In this document: piece by piece, positions 10,223 to 19,012 of the stretch
How positions within the stretch are numbered: the stretch's first letter is position 1
Layout: each line of letters opens with the position of its first letter
NCBI RefSeq assembly: GCF_900105015.1
Contig: NZ_FNLK01000010.1
Location: 120,001-152,000, forward strand
From: Schaalia meyeri
GTDB taxonomy: Bacteria; Actinomycetota; Actinomycetes; Actinomycetales; Actinomycetaceae
DNA length: 32,000 nucleotides
Reading direction: 5' to 3'
Notes under the pieces: model-generated
Told to the model about the DNA's origin: nothing
Seen by the model: only the letters and a program-made list of their open reading frames with translations
Databases searched by the model: none
Position numbers and translations under genes: made by a program

Positions 10223-12718
10223 ATGGGTGGCTCGGTGCGCCGCGCCGCTCTGCCGTCGTGGTCGCTGCTGGTGCTGGCGGTCCTGTTTGCCGGGCCGGTC
10301 CTTATGTTCGAGGGTGTCTTTGGTGGCGGACAGGGCGCGATCGCGGCCGGTGCGGGCGTCGTGGTCGGCCTGCTGCTGGCCTGGGTGGCCTCGGCGTGGC
10401 GCTGGGATTTGCTGTCGATGACGGCCGGCCTCGTGGCATCGTATTTCCTGTTTGGCGGGGCCGCGGCCCTGCGCGACACGACCCGGTGGGGCGTGGTACC
10501 CACCTCTCGGACCTTGCAGACGCTGGTGATCGGCGCGGTCGAGTCCTGGAAGGATCTGCTGACCCTGACGCCTCCCGCCGCCTCCTACGTGGGGCCCGCG
10601 CTGGTGCCGTGGATGACGTGCCTGGTGTGTTCCCTGGTGGCGGGGGTCGTGACGGTGCGCTACGGGCGCCCGATGTGGGGTTCTGCCGCCCTGATTCTCT
10701 CCGGCGTGATCGCCATCGTGTGGGGTCCCACCCACCAGGCCCCCGGCGTGATCGTGGTGGTCCTGTGGTGGGTTGGCCTGATCGTGTGGTGGTCGTGGGC
10801 CTCGGCGATTGGTCGGGCCCGGTCGGGCGCGGACATCGTCATCGGCATGGCGTCGTCCACCACGTCGGCGTCCACCACCATGGGTGGCTCGTCCCGCCAG
10901 ATTGTGCACGTGTGGTGGCGCGTGGGCATGGCCTCGTTGATGGTCGGCGCGATGGTCGCCGCCGCGATTCCCGCGGGGTCCCTGCTGGGGCCGACGGCCT
11001 CGGACCGCCTGGTGGGGCGTGACTTCGTGGAGCCGCCCGTGGATGCGCGCGAGTACCCGTCCCCGCTGTCGAGCTATCGCCACTACAACAAGGATCTGGA
11101 GAATGAGTCCATGATCCGCGTGTCCAACATGCCCAAGGAGGCGCGCGTGCGCCTGGGCGCGATGGACGTGTACGACGGGACCACGTTCGGGATGGGCGCG
11201 GCGAACACGGACGGCACCGCGGGATACCGGCGCGTCGGTTCGACGATTCCCGGGCGCAGCGCGGACACCGCGCAGACCCAGACGACGGTTTCGACGTCGC
11301 ATCTGCTGGGGCCGTGGGTGCCCACGATCGGACAGGTTTCTGTGCTGCGCTTCGACGGGGCCGACTCTGCGTCGGACGACCAACAGAAGGGGTTGAACTA
11401 CGACCTGTGGGCGGAGACCGCGTTGACGACGGGTCCCGCCGGGGAGATGAACTATTCGCTGAGCACTTCGATGCCGAACGATCACGCGGACGCGGAGTAC
11501 GCCAGCGTGGACGCGCGTCGATATTCGGGGACCGATACGAACGTGCCGAAGGACGTCGATACCCTGGCCTCCGAGCACACGACCACGGCGCGCTCGGATC
11601 TGGAGAAGGCGCGCGCGATAGAGACGTACCTGCACACGCAGGGTTTTTACTCCAACGAGGACTCGATCAATTCCAGGCCCGGTTCCTCCCAGGACCGTAT
11701 CCAGCGCATGATCGGCGCGGACATGCTGGTCGGGGACGACGAGCAGTACGCGACCCTGATGGCGCTCATGCTGCACTCGCAGGGGATCGGAGCGCGCGTC
11801 GTCATGGGTGCCTACCGCGAGGGGACCTCCGGCAGCGTGGATTTGACGGGCAGTGACATGCACGCGTGGGTCGAGGTGGAGTTCCCCGGCGTGGGGTGGG
11901 CGACCTTTGATCCGACGCCGCCGCGCGACCAGCAGCCGACCACGCAGGTCAATCGGCCGAAGTCGGTGCCCAAGCCTCAGGTCCTGCAGCCGCCCGAGCC
12001 GCCCGAGCCGCCGGTCGAGCTGCCGCCGGCGACGCGCGACCAGGCGACGGACCCGCACGACCCCAACGGGCTGCATATCCCGTGGATGGTGATCGGCGCC
12101 GTGTCGCTGTCACTGCTGGTGCTGTTCGGCCCGGTCCTGACGGTTCTGTTGCTCAAGGCGCGTCGCCGCCAGGGCCGTCGCCGCCTGGGGGGCGCCCAGG
12201 CGGTGCGGGGCTCGTGGGATGAGTTGGTGGATACCGCGATCGACTCCGGCCTGGTCGTCGAATCTCACCTGACGCGCCAGGAGGTCGCGTGGGCGCTGGC
12301 CACGCAGTGGGCCCCCGAGGAATCGGGCACAGAGTCCGGCGGCTCGGAGGATGCGGGTGGCTCCGGGGAATCGCCCCGCGGTGGCCGAAAGGCGCGTGGG
12401 CGCCCGGTCGCCGTGCGCGTGCCCGGATGGTCGATGTTTTCCGGCGCGGTTCCCCGCGTCGTGACGGTCGCCCGCCGCGCGGATGTCGCGGACTTTGCTT
12501 CGGCCGGTGCGCGCCAGGAGGACGCTGAGAGGGCCTGGAGCGACGTGGATGAGCTGCGACGCGAATGGGCGTCGTCGGTGTCGGTGTTTGCGCGCGTGCG
12601 CGCCGCTTTGTCGCTGAAGTCGCTGCGCTGGCGCCGCCGCGCCCGCCGTCAGGCGGCCGTCGCCATGAGCAAGCGCCCGTGGGCCAGGTTTGTGGGCCGC
12701 AGGAAAGGGGCACGTTGA
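10223..12718 (+). CDS. TgpA-like transglutaminase-fold polytopic membrane protein (nucleophile Cys replaced by Asp)
   Basis: ATG 10223 has AGGAGA 5 nt upstream. An alternative GTG at 10157 overlaps the DUF58 stop as GTGA. About 6 N-terminal TM helices. Transglut_core region GDDEQYATLMALMLHSQGIGARVVMGAY ... MHAWVEVEFPGVGWATFDPTP. Pro-rich linker, a further TM helix (IPWMVIGAVSLSLLVLFGPVLTVLLL), and an Arg-rich cytoplasmic tail. Confidence 0.85.
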   Translation: MGGSVRRAALPSWSLLVLAVLFAGPVLMFEGVFGGGQGAIAAGAGVVVGLLLAWVASAWRWDLLSMTAGLVASYFLFGGAAALRDTTRWGVVPTSRTLQTLVIGAVESWKDLLTLTPPAASYVGPALVPWMTCLVCSLVAGVVTVRYGRPMWGSAALILSGVIAIVWGPTHQAPGVIVVVLWWVGLIVWWSWASAIGRARSGADIVIGMASSTTSASTTMGGSSRQIVHVWWRVGMASLMVGAMVAAAIPAGSLLGPTASDRLVGRDFVEPPVDAREYPSPLSSYRHYNKDLENESMIRVSNMPKEARVRLGAMDVYDGTTFGMGAANTDGTAGYRRVGSTIPGRSADTAQTQTTVSTSHLLGPWVPTIGQVSVLRFDGADSASDDQQKGLNYDLWAETALTTGPAGEMNYSLSTSMPNDHADAEYASVDARRYSGTDTNVPKDVDTLASEHTTTARSDLEKARAIETYLHTQGFYSNEDSINSRPGSSQDRIQRMIGADMLVGDDEQYATLMALMLHSQGIGARVVMGAYREGTSGSVDLTGSDMHAWVEVEFPGVGWATFDPTPPRDQQPTTQVNRPKSVPKPQVLQPPEPPEPPVELPPATRDQATDPHDPNGLHIPWMVIGAVSLSLLVLFGPVLTVLLLKARRRQGRRRLGGAQAVRGSWDELVDTAIDSGLVVESHLTRQEVAWALATQWAPEESGTESGGSEDAGGSGESPRGGRKARGRPVAVRVPGWSMFSGAVPRVVTVARRADVADFASAGARQEDAERAWSDVDELRREWASSVSVFARVRAALSLKSLRWRRRARRQAAVAMSKRPWARFVGRRKGAR

Positions 12719-14214
12719 TGGACAGTAACGCTCGCGTTGGAATGGTTCCCGTGCTGCCGGGATACCAGTGGATTCGTCCCCTGGGGTCCGGGGGTTTTGC
12801 GGACGTGTTTTTGTGTCGTCAGGAGCTGCCCAGCCGCGATGTCGCGGTGAAGGTGGCGCGCAGGGATCGCGGCGCCGACGGCGAGGCAGGGATCGCCCGC
12901 GAGGCGGATGTTATGGCACTGGTGTCGGGCCACCCCGCGGTCGCGCAGCTGTACGGGGCTGGGCGCACGCCGGACGGCCTGCCGTACCTGGTCATGGAGT
13001 ATTGCCCGGTCGCGAACATTTTGGATCAGGTTCGCGCGAACCCGATGGCCGCGGATCGGGCGCTGTCGATGATGATTCGCATGTGCGGCGGCGCTGAGAT
13101 GCTGCACCGCGCGGGCTATGTGCACCGCGACATTAAGCCCAGCAACATCATGATCAACACCTACGGGTCGCCGGTGCTCACCGACTTTGGCGTGGCCGAT
13201 CCGATGGGGACGGATCCGCGGGGTGGCAGCGACGGTTTCTCGGTGATGTGGGCGCCCCCGGAGCAGATCGCGGGGACCGCCAGGGCTCACCCGACGCAGG
13301 ACGTGTGGGCGCTGGGCGCCACGCTGTGGACGCTGCTGATGGGGCGTTCGCCCTTCGAGGTGCCCGGCGGGGATAATTCGGCGAGGGCGGTCGCGGAGCG
13401 TGTGGCGGCGGGGCGCGTGTCGCGCATCGACCGCCCGGGCGTGCCGGACGCGGTGACGGCCGTGATTCGTCGCGCCATGAGTGTGGATCCCGAGAATCGT
13501 TTCGGGTCCGCGGCGGCGCTGGGGTACGCGCTGCAGACCATTGAGCGCGAGATGCACCGCCCGGTGACGGAGATGAAGCTGAGCGTCGTCGCGTCGGCTT
13601 TAACGCCCGCCTCGGCCCTGTCGCCCGCGTCTGCGGCGGCGTTGGACGCGGAGCGCACGCGTACTCGGCGCGGCAGTTTCGCGGATGTCCCCCAGGGTTC
13701 GGCGAACCAGGCGTGGGACGGGAATTCGACGACCAGCCGGACGGGGCTGGTCGATGGCGATTCGAAGCGTCCCCCGTGGGTGGTGCCGGTGCTGGCGCTG
13801 GTCATGGTGGTTGCGACGGCGGCCCTGGTGGTGGCGATGCTGACGGGCGGCGGACACAGCGTGCACGTGGGCGGCGGATCCACTCCCACGACGGAGCAGA
13901 CGACCGGTCAGACGGGCGGTGCCGATCCGGGTGCGGCTCCGCCCGCGGCGGTCGGCGAGGTGAGCGCGACGCTGGGGGGGACGGAGATCCGCTGGGGGTG
14001 GGAGGTGCCCCATCAGGCGCAGTACCAGGCCGATCAGCTGGCGTTCAAGTACGTGTTGACCCGTCCGGGCGAGGCCGCGGTGGCGGATACCATGCGCCGC
14101 AATAGCCTGACGACGGTGGCGGTCAGCGGCGAGAACTGCCTGACGGTCAGCGTGGTCGTGGAGTCTACGGGGCGTGAGTCCGCGCCGGTTACGCGGTGCG
14201 TGTCGGTGCCGTGA
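12718..14214 (+). CDS. Receptor-type Ser/Thr protein kinase (Hanks type) with single TM and FN3/Ig-like ectodomain
   Basis: ATG 12718 overlaps the upstream stop (TGATG). Gly loop GSGGFADVF, VAVKV Lys, HRDIKPSN catalytic loop, DFG, WAPPE. TM helix WVVPVLALVMVVATAALVVAML. About 130-aa C-terminal extracytoplasmic beta-rich domain. No PASTA repeats. Confidence 0.9.
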   Translation: MDSNARVGMVPVLPGYQWIRPLGSGGFADVFLCRQELPSRDVAVKVARRDRGADGEAGIAREADVMALVSGHPAVAQLYGAGRTPDGLPYLVMEYCPVANILDQVRANPMAADRALSMMIRMCGGAEMLHRAGYVHRDIKPSNIMINTYGSPVLTDFGVADPMGTDPRGGSDGFSVMWAPPEQIAGTARAHPTQDVWALGATLWTLLMGRSPFEVPGGDNSARAVAERVAAGRVSRIDRPGVPDAVTAVIRRAMSVDPENRFGSAAALGYALQTIEREMHRPVTEMKLSVVASALTPASALSPASAAALDAERTRTRRGSFADVPQGSANQAWDGNSTTSRTGLVDGDSKRPPWVVPVLALVMVVATAALVVAMLTGGGHSVHVGGGSTPTTEQTTGQTGGADPGAAPPAAVGEVSATLGGTEIRWGWEVPHQAQYQADQLAFKYVLTRPGEAAVADTMRRNSLTTVAVSGENCLTVSVVVESTGRESAPVTRCVSVP

Positions 14215-14342
14215 CTCCCGCGGGCGAACTTTAGCGGCCTGGGGGCGCGTGAACGTGAACGGGTGGTTGTCGCATCGCGCCCGGGGCGCACCCGAAGCCC
14301 CGCACGGTGTCCACCGATGGGGATTTGACCGGCTCTGATCAT

Positions 14343-14420
14343 GCGCGCGGCGCGCCCCACCCACCCCGAAAGACGGGACGAACGAGGCACCACAGGGGCA
14401 GGGTGTTGCGCGTGTGTCAT
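14343..14420 (-). pseudogene. 5' stub of a third S8 peptidase copy (start codon plus signal-peptide n-region only)
   Basis: Minus-strand ATG at 14420 lies 8 nt after the stop of the 14429-15670 gene, with junction sequence identical to 15661-15681. It encodes MTHAQHPAPVVPRSSRLSGWVGRAAR, matching MTHAQHTTPAAPRSPHPPRPLSGWVGRAAR of the upstream paralog. Homology then stops abruptly and the frame runs into the kinase 3' end. Confidence 0.65.
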
Positions 14421-14428
14421 GGTTGTGG

Positions 14429-15670
14429 TTATTTGCGGTGGTATTTGGGGCTGGTGCCCAGGTGGATTGGTGTGCCGTTTTCTGGGAGCCATAGGAGTGT
14501 TTCGTCTGTGCCGCGGTAGGAGTAGGAGGCATCGAGCGCGACGTCGTCGGAGGGTGGGATCAGTCCGTCGGCGTAGTCTTGTACCTCGCTGGTGGTGGGT
14601 TTGGATCCGCCTTCCTTTTGTGCCAGGGGGTTCTCGTCCGGGTACTGGGAGGGGTCCGTATTCACCAACGGACCAATGTTAGCGGCCCCGTACCCCGTGT
14701 ACTTGTTCCATTCGTGGTTTGGGTTCAGCCCGGTGTGGGTCAGGACTTGCAGGGTCTGGTTCGCCGTGGCATTGGGCCACTTCTGACGAGCCAGAGCCAG
14801 CAACCCGGCAACCAGTGCTGTCGAATTCGAGGTGCCTGTTGTCGTCGTTGTATTGCCGGTATCGAAGTCTCGGACATTGATTGGTCCGCCGATGGCTGCG
14901 GTGGTCACCCCGTTGCCCCAAGAGGAGTAGTTGGCGAACTTGCCGTCGCTGGTGATCGCGGACACCCCCACTACACCAGACCATCGTGATAGGTGCGTGT
15001 CGTTCTCGTCGCGCCCGTTGTTGCCGACCGATGCAACGACGATGACTCCCCGGCTCATCGCGTGGGCTATTGTCCACTTTGTTTCGTCGCTGTCGTCATG
15101 AGTTCCGCCTTGTGAAATGGAGATGATCTGGGCGCCGTCATCAATAGCCTGATTGATCAACTTACCAAAGGTGTCAAGACGCTTCCCGCCCACCGAGCAG
15201 GAACCAGGAGAAACAGAAGATTTGCCTGCAACCTGATACGTGTGCAAGGTGGCATCCGGGGCAACTCCATAATTTTGCGACACCAGGAGCGCTGCCATTT
15301 CACTCGCGTGATACCTGCTTTTGAGCGATGGTTCGATGGTGCATCGGCTTTTGTCGGTGATGTTGGCGCCCTTGAGCTCGGGATCGCTCAGCTCGACCGG
15401 GCCGTCGATGAGGGCGATAGTCACGCCCTTACCCGTATACCCCTTCGCACGAGCAGTATCCAAATGATAATAAGAAAAATACTCCTGCGTCGTAATCACA
15501 TCATCCGCAAGAGCCCGCGCAGGCACCAACACGAGAGCACCAACAGTCAGCGCCAAGACAGAAGCGGCGGCGGTCAGGACGCGCGCAGCACGCCCCACCC
15601 ACCCCGAAAGCGGGCGGGGTGGGTGGGGTGAACGAGGCGCCGCGGGGGTGGTGTGTTGCGCGTGTGTCAT
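14429..15670 (-). CDS. Secreted S8 (subtilisin-family) serine peptidase, T7SS-linked paralog 1
   Basis: 413 aa. Signal peptide (RAARVLTAAASVLALTVGALVLVPARALA/DD). Asp motif VTIALIDGPV. His region SRYHASEMAAL (non-canonical, HGT replaced by HAS). Asn region VGNNG. Ser motif GTSNSTALVAG. No C-terminal TM helix (ends ...LGTSPKYHRK). Confidence 0.88.
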   Translation of the reverse strand: MTHAQHTTPAAPRSPHPPRPLSGWVGRAARVLTAAASVLALTVGALVLVPARALADDVITTQEYFSYYHLDTARAKGYTGKGVTIALIDGPVELSDPELKGANITDKSRCTIEPSLKSRYHASEMAALLVSQNYGVAPDATLHTYQVAGKSSVSPGSCSVGGKRLDTFGKLINQAIDDGAQIISISQGGTHDDSDETKWTIAHAMSRGVIVVASVGNNGRDENDTHLSRWSGVVGVSAITSDGKFANYSSWGNGVTTAAIGGPINVRDFDTGNTTTTTGTSNSTALVAGLLALARQKWPNATANQTLQVLTHTGLNPNHEWNKYTGYGAANIGPLVNTDPSQYPDENPLAQKEGGSKPTTSEVQDYADGLIPPSDDVALDASYSYRGTDETLLWLPENGTPIHLGTSPKYHRK

Positions 15671-15678
15671 GGTTGTGG

Positions 15679-16920
15679 TTATTTGCGGTGGTATTTGGGG
15701 CTGGTGCCCAGGTGGATGGGTGTTGCGTTTTCTGGGAGCCAGAGGAGTGTTTCGTCGGTGCCGCGGTAGGAGTAGGAGGCATCGAGCGTAAAGTTGGTTG
15801 GAGGGGGGATCAGTCCGTCGGCGTAGTCTTGTACTTCGCTGGTGGTGGGTTTGGATCCGCCTTCCTTTTGTGCCAGGGGGTTCTCATCTGGGTACTGGGA
15901 GGGGTCCGTATTTACCAACGCACCCCCGTCAATGGCCCCGTACCCCGTGTACTTGTCCCACTGGTGGTTTGGGTTCAGCCCAGTATGCGTCAGCACCTGC
16001 AGGGTCTGATTCGCCGTAGCCTCCGGCCACTTCTGACGAGCCAGAGCCAGCATCCCGGCAACTAAGGGAGTGGAGATTGATGTTCCTGTTTCCTCGACGT
16101 TCTTGCCTTCGCTGTAGCTGCGTACTGTGGCGGGTCCGCCGATGGCCGCGGTGGTCACCCCGTTACCCCACGAGGAGTATTTGGCGAACTTCCCATCACT
16201 GGTGATCGCGGAGACCCCCACCACACCAGACCAGCGACCGAGGTGCGTGTCGTTCTCGTCGCGCCCCTCGTTGCCCGCCGACGCGACGACGATGACCCCC
16301 CGGCTCATCGCGTGGGCTATTGTCCACTTTGTTTCGTCGCTGTCGTCATGAGCTCCGCCTTGTGAAATGGAGATGATCTGGGCACCATCATCAATAGCCT
16401 GATTGATCAGTTTGCTGAAGGTGGCGAGAGGCTTTCCGCCTGCCGAGCAGGAACCAGAAGAAACAGAAGATTTGTTTGCAACCTGATACGTGTGCAAGGT
16501 GGCGTCAGGCGCCACCCCGTAATCACGTGAGACCAGGAAGGACGCCATCGCCGTCCCATGGGTTCTGTTTGATGCGGATGCTTCGATGGTGCATCGGCTC
16601 TTATCAGTGATGTTGGCGCCCTTGAGCTCCGGCGCGCTGGTATCCACCGGGCCGTCGATGAGGGCGATGGTCACGCCCTTACCCGTATACCCCTTCGCAC
16701 GAGCAGTATCCAAATGATAATAAGAAAAATACTCCTGCGTCGTAATCACATCATCCGCACGGGCCGACGCAGGCACCAACACGAGAGCACCAACGGCCAG
16801 CGCCAGGACGGAGGCGGCGGCGGTCAGGACGCGCGCAGCGCGCCCCACCCACCCCGAAACCAGACGGGGCGGGCGGGGCGTGAAAACATGCATGGGGTTC
16901 ACCATTGGCGAGGATCCCAT
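15679..16920 (-). CDS. Secreted S8 (subtilisin-family) serine peptidase, T7SS-linked paralog 2
   Basis: 413 aa as tracked. An alternative ATG at 16893 (MHVFTPRPPRLVSGWVG...) starts 5 nt after the upstream stop and may be the true start. Canonical motifs IALIDGPV, THGTAMAS, AGNEG, GTSISTPLVAG. No C-terminal TM helix. Confidence 0.88.
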   Translation of the reverse strand: MGSSPMVNPMHVFTPRPPRLVSGWVGRAARVLTAAASVLALAVGALVLVPASARADDVITTQEYFSYYHLDTARAKGYTGKGVTIALIDGPVDTSAPELKGANITDKSRCTIEASASNRTHGTAMASFLVSRDYGVAPDATLHTYQVANKSSVSSGSCSAGGKPLATFSKLINQAIDDGAQIISISQGGAHDDSDETKWTIAHAMSRGVIVVASAGNEGRDENDTHLGRWSGVVGVSAITSDGKFAKYSSWGNGVTTAAIGGPATVRSYSEGKNVEETGTSISTPLVAGMLALARQKWPEATANQTLQVLTHTGLNPNHQWDKYTGYGAIDGGALVNTDPSQYPDENPLAQKEGGSKPTTSEVQDYADGLIPPPTNFTLDASYSYRGTDETLLWLPENATPIHLGTSPKYHRK

Positions 16921-18401
16921 CCGTCGTCCACACGCTTAGCCGGGGTGATGCTCTGATCGTTCCCATACATCTGCGACAGGGGGTTCACATAACCCCGGGG
17001 CAGCCCGTCCTCGTCTCCTTCATCGAACGTGAAGGCCACGTACTTGCGCTTGCGGCCTTTACGATCTTGTTTGCCCGCGCCCGCACCGGCGCCGGCACCA
17101 CCACCCATGAAGCCGCGCCCACCCGCGCCGCCCTTGCCCGCCGAGCCCGCGGCGCCGGCAGCGCCACTGCCGTTCGCGCCGGCCGCGCCCGTGACGCCAG
17201 AGGCGCCCGAGCCCGCGGTGCCGTTTGCGCCAGCGGACGTCGAGGGGGGAGTATAGGAACCAAACCCAGACCCAGAATAAGAACCAACCTTGAGCCCGCC
17301 AGCGGCGCCCAGACCACCCGAGCCCATGCGGGCCGCACCACGCATACCCAGCGCGCCAGCACCCAGCACACCCGCACCACCCAAACGACCAGCCGCAGAC
17401 GAATCAGAGGCACGACCCCCGTTAAGGCGCCACAACGGATGATCCACATCCGCCGCAGGAGCCGGCGTATGACCCCCCACAACACCATTACGATACGCCG
17501 TACCATTAACACGCCGATGCAACAAATCCGTATCCATCAAATCCTGAGGATCCGTAATCGGATTCGTCCGCGACCCCACATCCCCATACGAAGGCTCCCG
17601 CGTAGGCAACGCACCCGAAGCAACCGTCCGATTACGAGCCGCAGCCGCATCAGCCTCACTCCACCACGGCTGATCAAACCCACCCGGATAATCACCCGAA
17701 GAAGGACTACGACCACCCTGGCGACCAAAACCATTCCCAGAAGAATAAACCGAGGGATTGTTGGAACCATTTCCCGAGCCAGGCTCCGTTCCGCCGCGTG
17801 GTTTCTCGAAGTCTTCGCCGATGTCTTTTCCTGGGTCCGGTGCCTCGGTGCCACCGCCCTGTGTCATCCCGGCACCAAGCGCTGTGGTAAGACCGTTGAC
17901 CATGTTCAGTACGCGCGATGCCGCGGCTTCGCGCTGGGCGTTGTTTTGCTCCTCAACCGCAGACGCGTAGGCCTCGCCGGTCGTGAAACGCATCCCCAAC
18001 AGTGACACGCCACCCCCCGGCTCACTCTCAGGAACCGCAACAAGCGGAGCACCACGCATCGCCGCAGTCTTCGCATCCAACAAATCCGGCGAAAGCAACT
18101 CCGCCTCCTTCAGGGCGTTCGCCATCACCTGGCGTCCTGCCACGTACGTGTTGTACCCCTGCTGGTACCTCCTCCGGTATTCCTCGATGCGGCTGATCGA
18201 TCGGTCCACCCACTGGTCCATCGCGTCCCCGGTCTTACCCGTAAAACCATGACCATCGCGATACGCCTTCAAACGATCAATCGCCTGCTCAAAACCCTGG
18301 ATCGTCTTCTCGTGATCAGAATCCCACGCAGCCAACCCACGATTGGCCCGGGCCGCCTCCATAAACACCTTCAAACGCTCATACATCGGCGACGAAACCA
18401 T
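16899..18401 (-). CDS. Candidate T7SS substrate: helical N-terminal domain plus PGRS-like Gly/Ala/Ser-rich region and short charged C-terminal domain
   Basis: ATG 18401 has GAAAGGAAG ending 6 nt upstream; the track starts at TTG 18407. The N-terminal ~110 aa are predicted helix-turn-helix, with FTGKTGDAMDQW at the turn (WXG-like position). A long Gly-rich tract follows (GGAGVLGAGALG..., GANGTAGSGASGVTGAAGANGSGAAGAAGSAGKGGAGG...). The 3' end abuts or overlaps the S8 paralog 2 start. Function is inferred from context only. Confidence 0.7.
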   Translation of the reverse strand: MVSSPMYERLKVFMEAARANRGLAAWDSDHEKTIQGFEQAIDRLKAYRDGHGFTGKTGDAMDQWVDRSISRIEEYRRRYQQGYNTYVAGRQVMANALKEAELLSPDLLDAKTAAMRGAPLVAVPESEPGGGVSLLGMRFTTGEAYASAVEEQNNAQREAAASRVLNMVNGLTTALGAGMTQGGGTEAPDPGKDIGEDFEKPRGGTEPGSGNGSNNPSVYSSGNGFGRQGGRSPSSGDYPGGFDQPWWSEADAAAARNRTVASGALPTREPSYGDVGSRTNPITDPQDLMDTDLLHRRVNGTAYRNGVVGGHTPAPAADVDHPLWRLNGGRASDSSAAGRLGGAGVLGAGALGMRGAARMGSGGLGAAGGLKVGSYSGSGFGSYTPPSTSAGANGTAGSGASGVTGAAGANGSGAAGAAGSAGKGGAGGRGFMGGGAGAGAGAGKQDRKGRKRKYVAFTFDEGDEDGLPRGYVNPLSQMYGNDQSITPAKRVDDGWDPRQW

Positions 18402-18427
18402 GATCAACTTCCTTTCTACAACAACTC

Positions 18428-18958
18428 TCAGTACTCGTGGGGGCCAGAAGCGGCAGTCTGCGCGTTCTGGGTACCCTCGGTCTCCCCACCGGAAGACGCC
18501 GAACCGCCGTCGGCCGAGGAGGAACCCGCGTCGGCCCCTCCCGCACCGCTCTGCTTGGACATCATGCCTGCTTTTTGCAGGGAGGAGGCCAACGCGCTCG
18601 CCTGCGACGAACGGGCAACACCCTCCAGGGCCTGGTTCACGGCCCTAAACGTCTGCTCGTTATCAGCCTCCGTCTCTTCAATGGAGGCCATGGCCTGACG
18701 CATCTTGGTCTCAAACTCCGAAATCAAAGCGTTCTCCTTCGACAGGAGATCCGATATCTCGCCGAACATGTCGCCGGAGCGGTGCCCGAAAGACTCGGGC
18801 CCCCTCTCGGTTCCCCAGACGTCGGGCTTTTGTGCAGACCCCAGCGCATAAGACGACTTCGCAGAAGAATCCACCGCCTCCTGACTCTCCTGCACCTTGG
18901 GAGCAGCCTGCTGCTGCTTATCCCCGTCGTAGGACTGATCCGAACTCGTTGCCATCAT
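18428..18958 (-). CDS. Small acidic, Ser/Gln-rich helical protein of unknown function (T7SS-associated by context)
   Basis: AAGGAG lies 3-6 nt upstream of the tandem ATGs at 18958/18955. Central predicted coiled helix (FGEISDLLSKENALISEFETKMRQAMASIEETEADNEQTFRAVNQALEG). Low-complexity Gly/Ser/Ala tail. No motif I can assign to a family. Confidence 0.6.
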   Translation of the reverse strand: MMATSSDQSYDGDKQQQAAPKVQESQEAVDSSAKSSYALGSAQKPDVWGTERGPESFGHRSGDMFGEISDLLSKENALISEFETKMRQAMASIEETEADNEQTFRAVNQALEGVARSSQASALASSLQKAGMMSKQSGAGGADAGSSSADGGSASSGGETEGTQNAQTAASGPHEY

Positions 18959-19012
18959 GTGCTCCTTATCGTTGATGGAAAACCTAACAGCGCGCCTATG
19001 CGCCAAAACCAA

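Larger units (their letters stand above)
14343..16860. repeat. Tandem duplication, two ~1250-bp units (S8 peptidase genes plus junction plus 5' head)
   Basis: The junction CAT GGTTGTGG TTA recurs at 14418-14431 and 15668-15681, an offset of 1250. Gene 5' and 3' ends are near-identical between units and the centres are diverged. Confidence 0.85.

Noticed and set aside
14429-16920. Calling the two S8 genes canonical mycosins (mycP).
   Set aside because: Both lack the C-terminal TM anchor that defines MycP, and they occur as a diversifying tandem pair. They are reported as T7SS-linked S8 peptidases instead.
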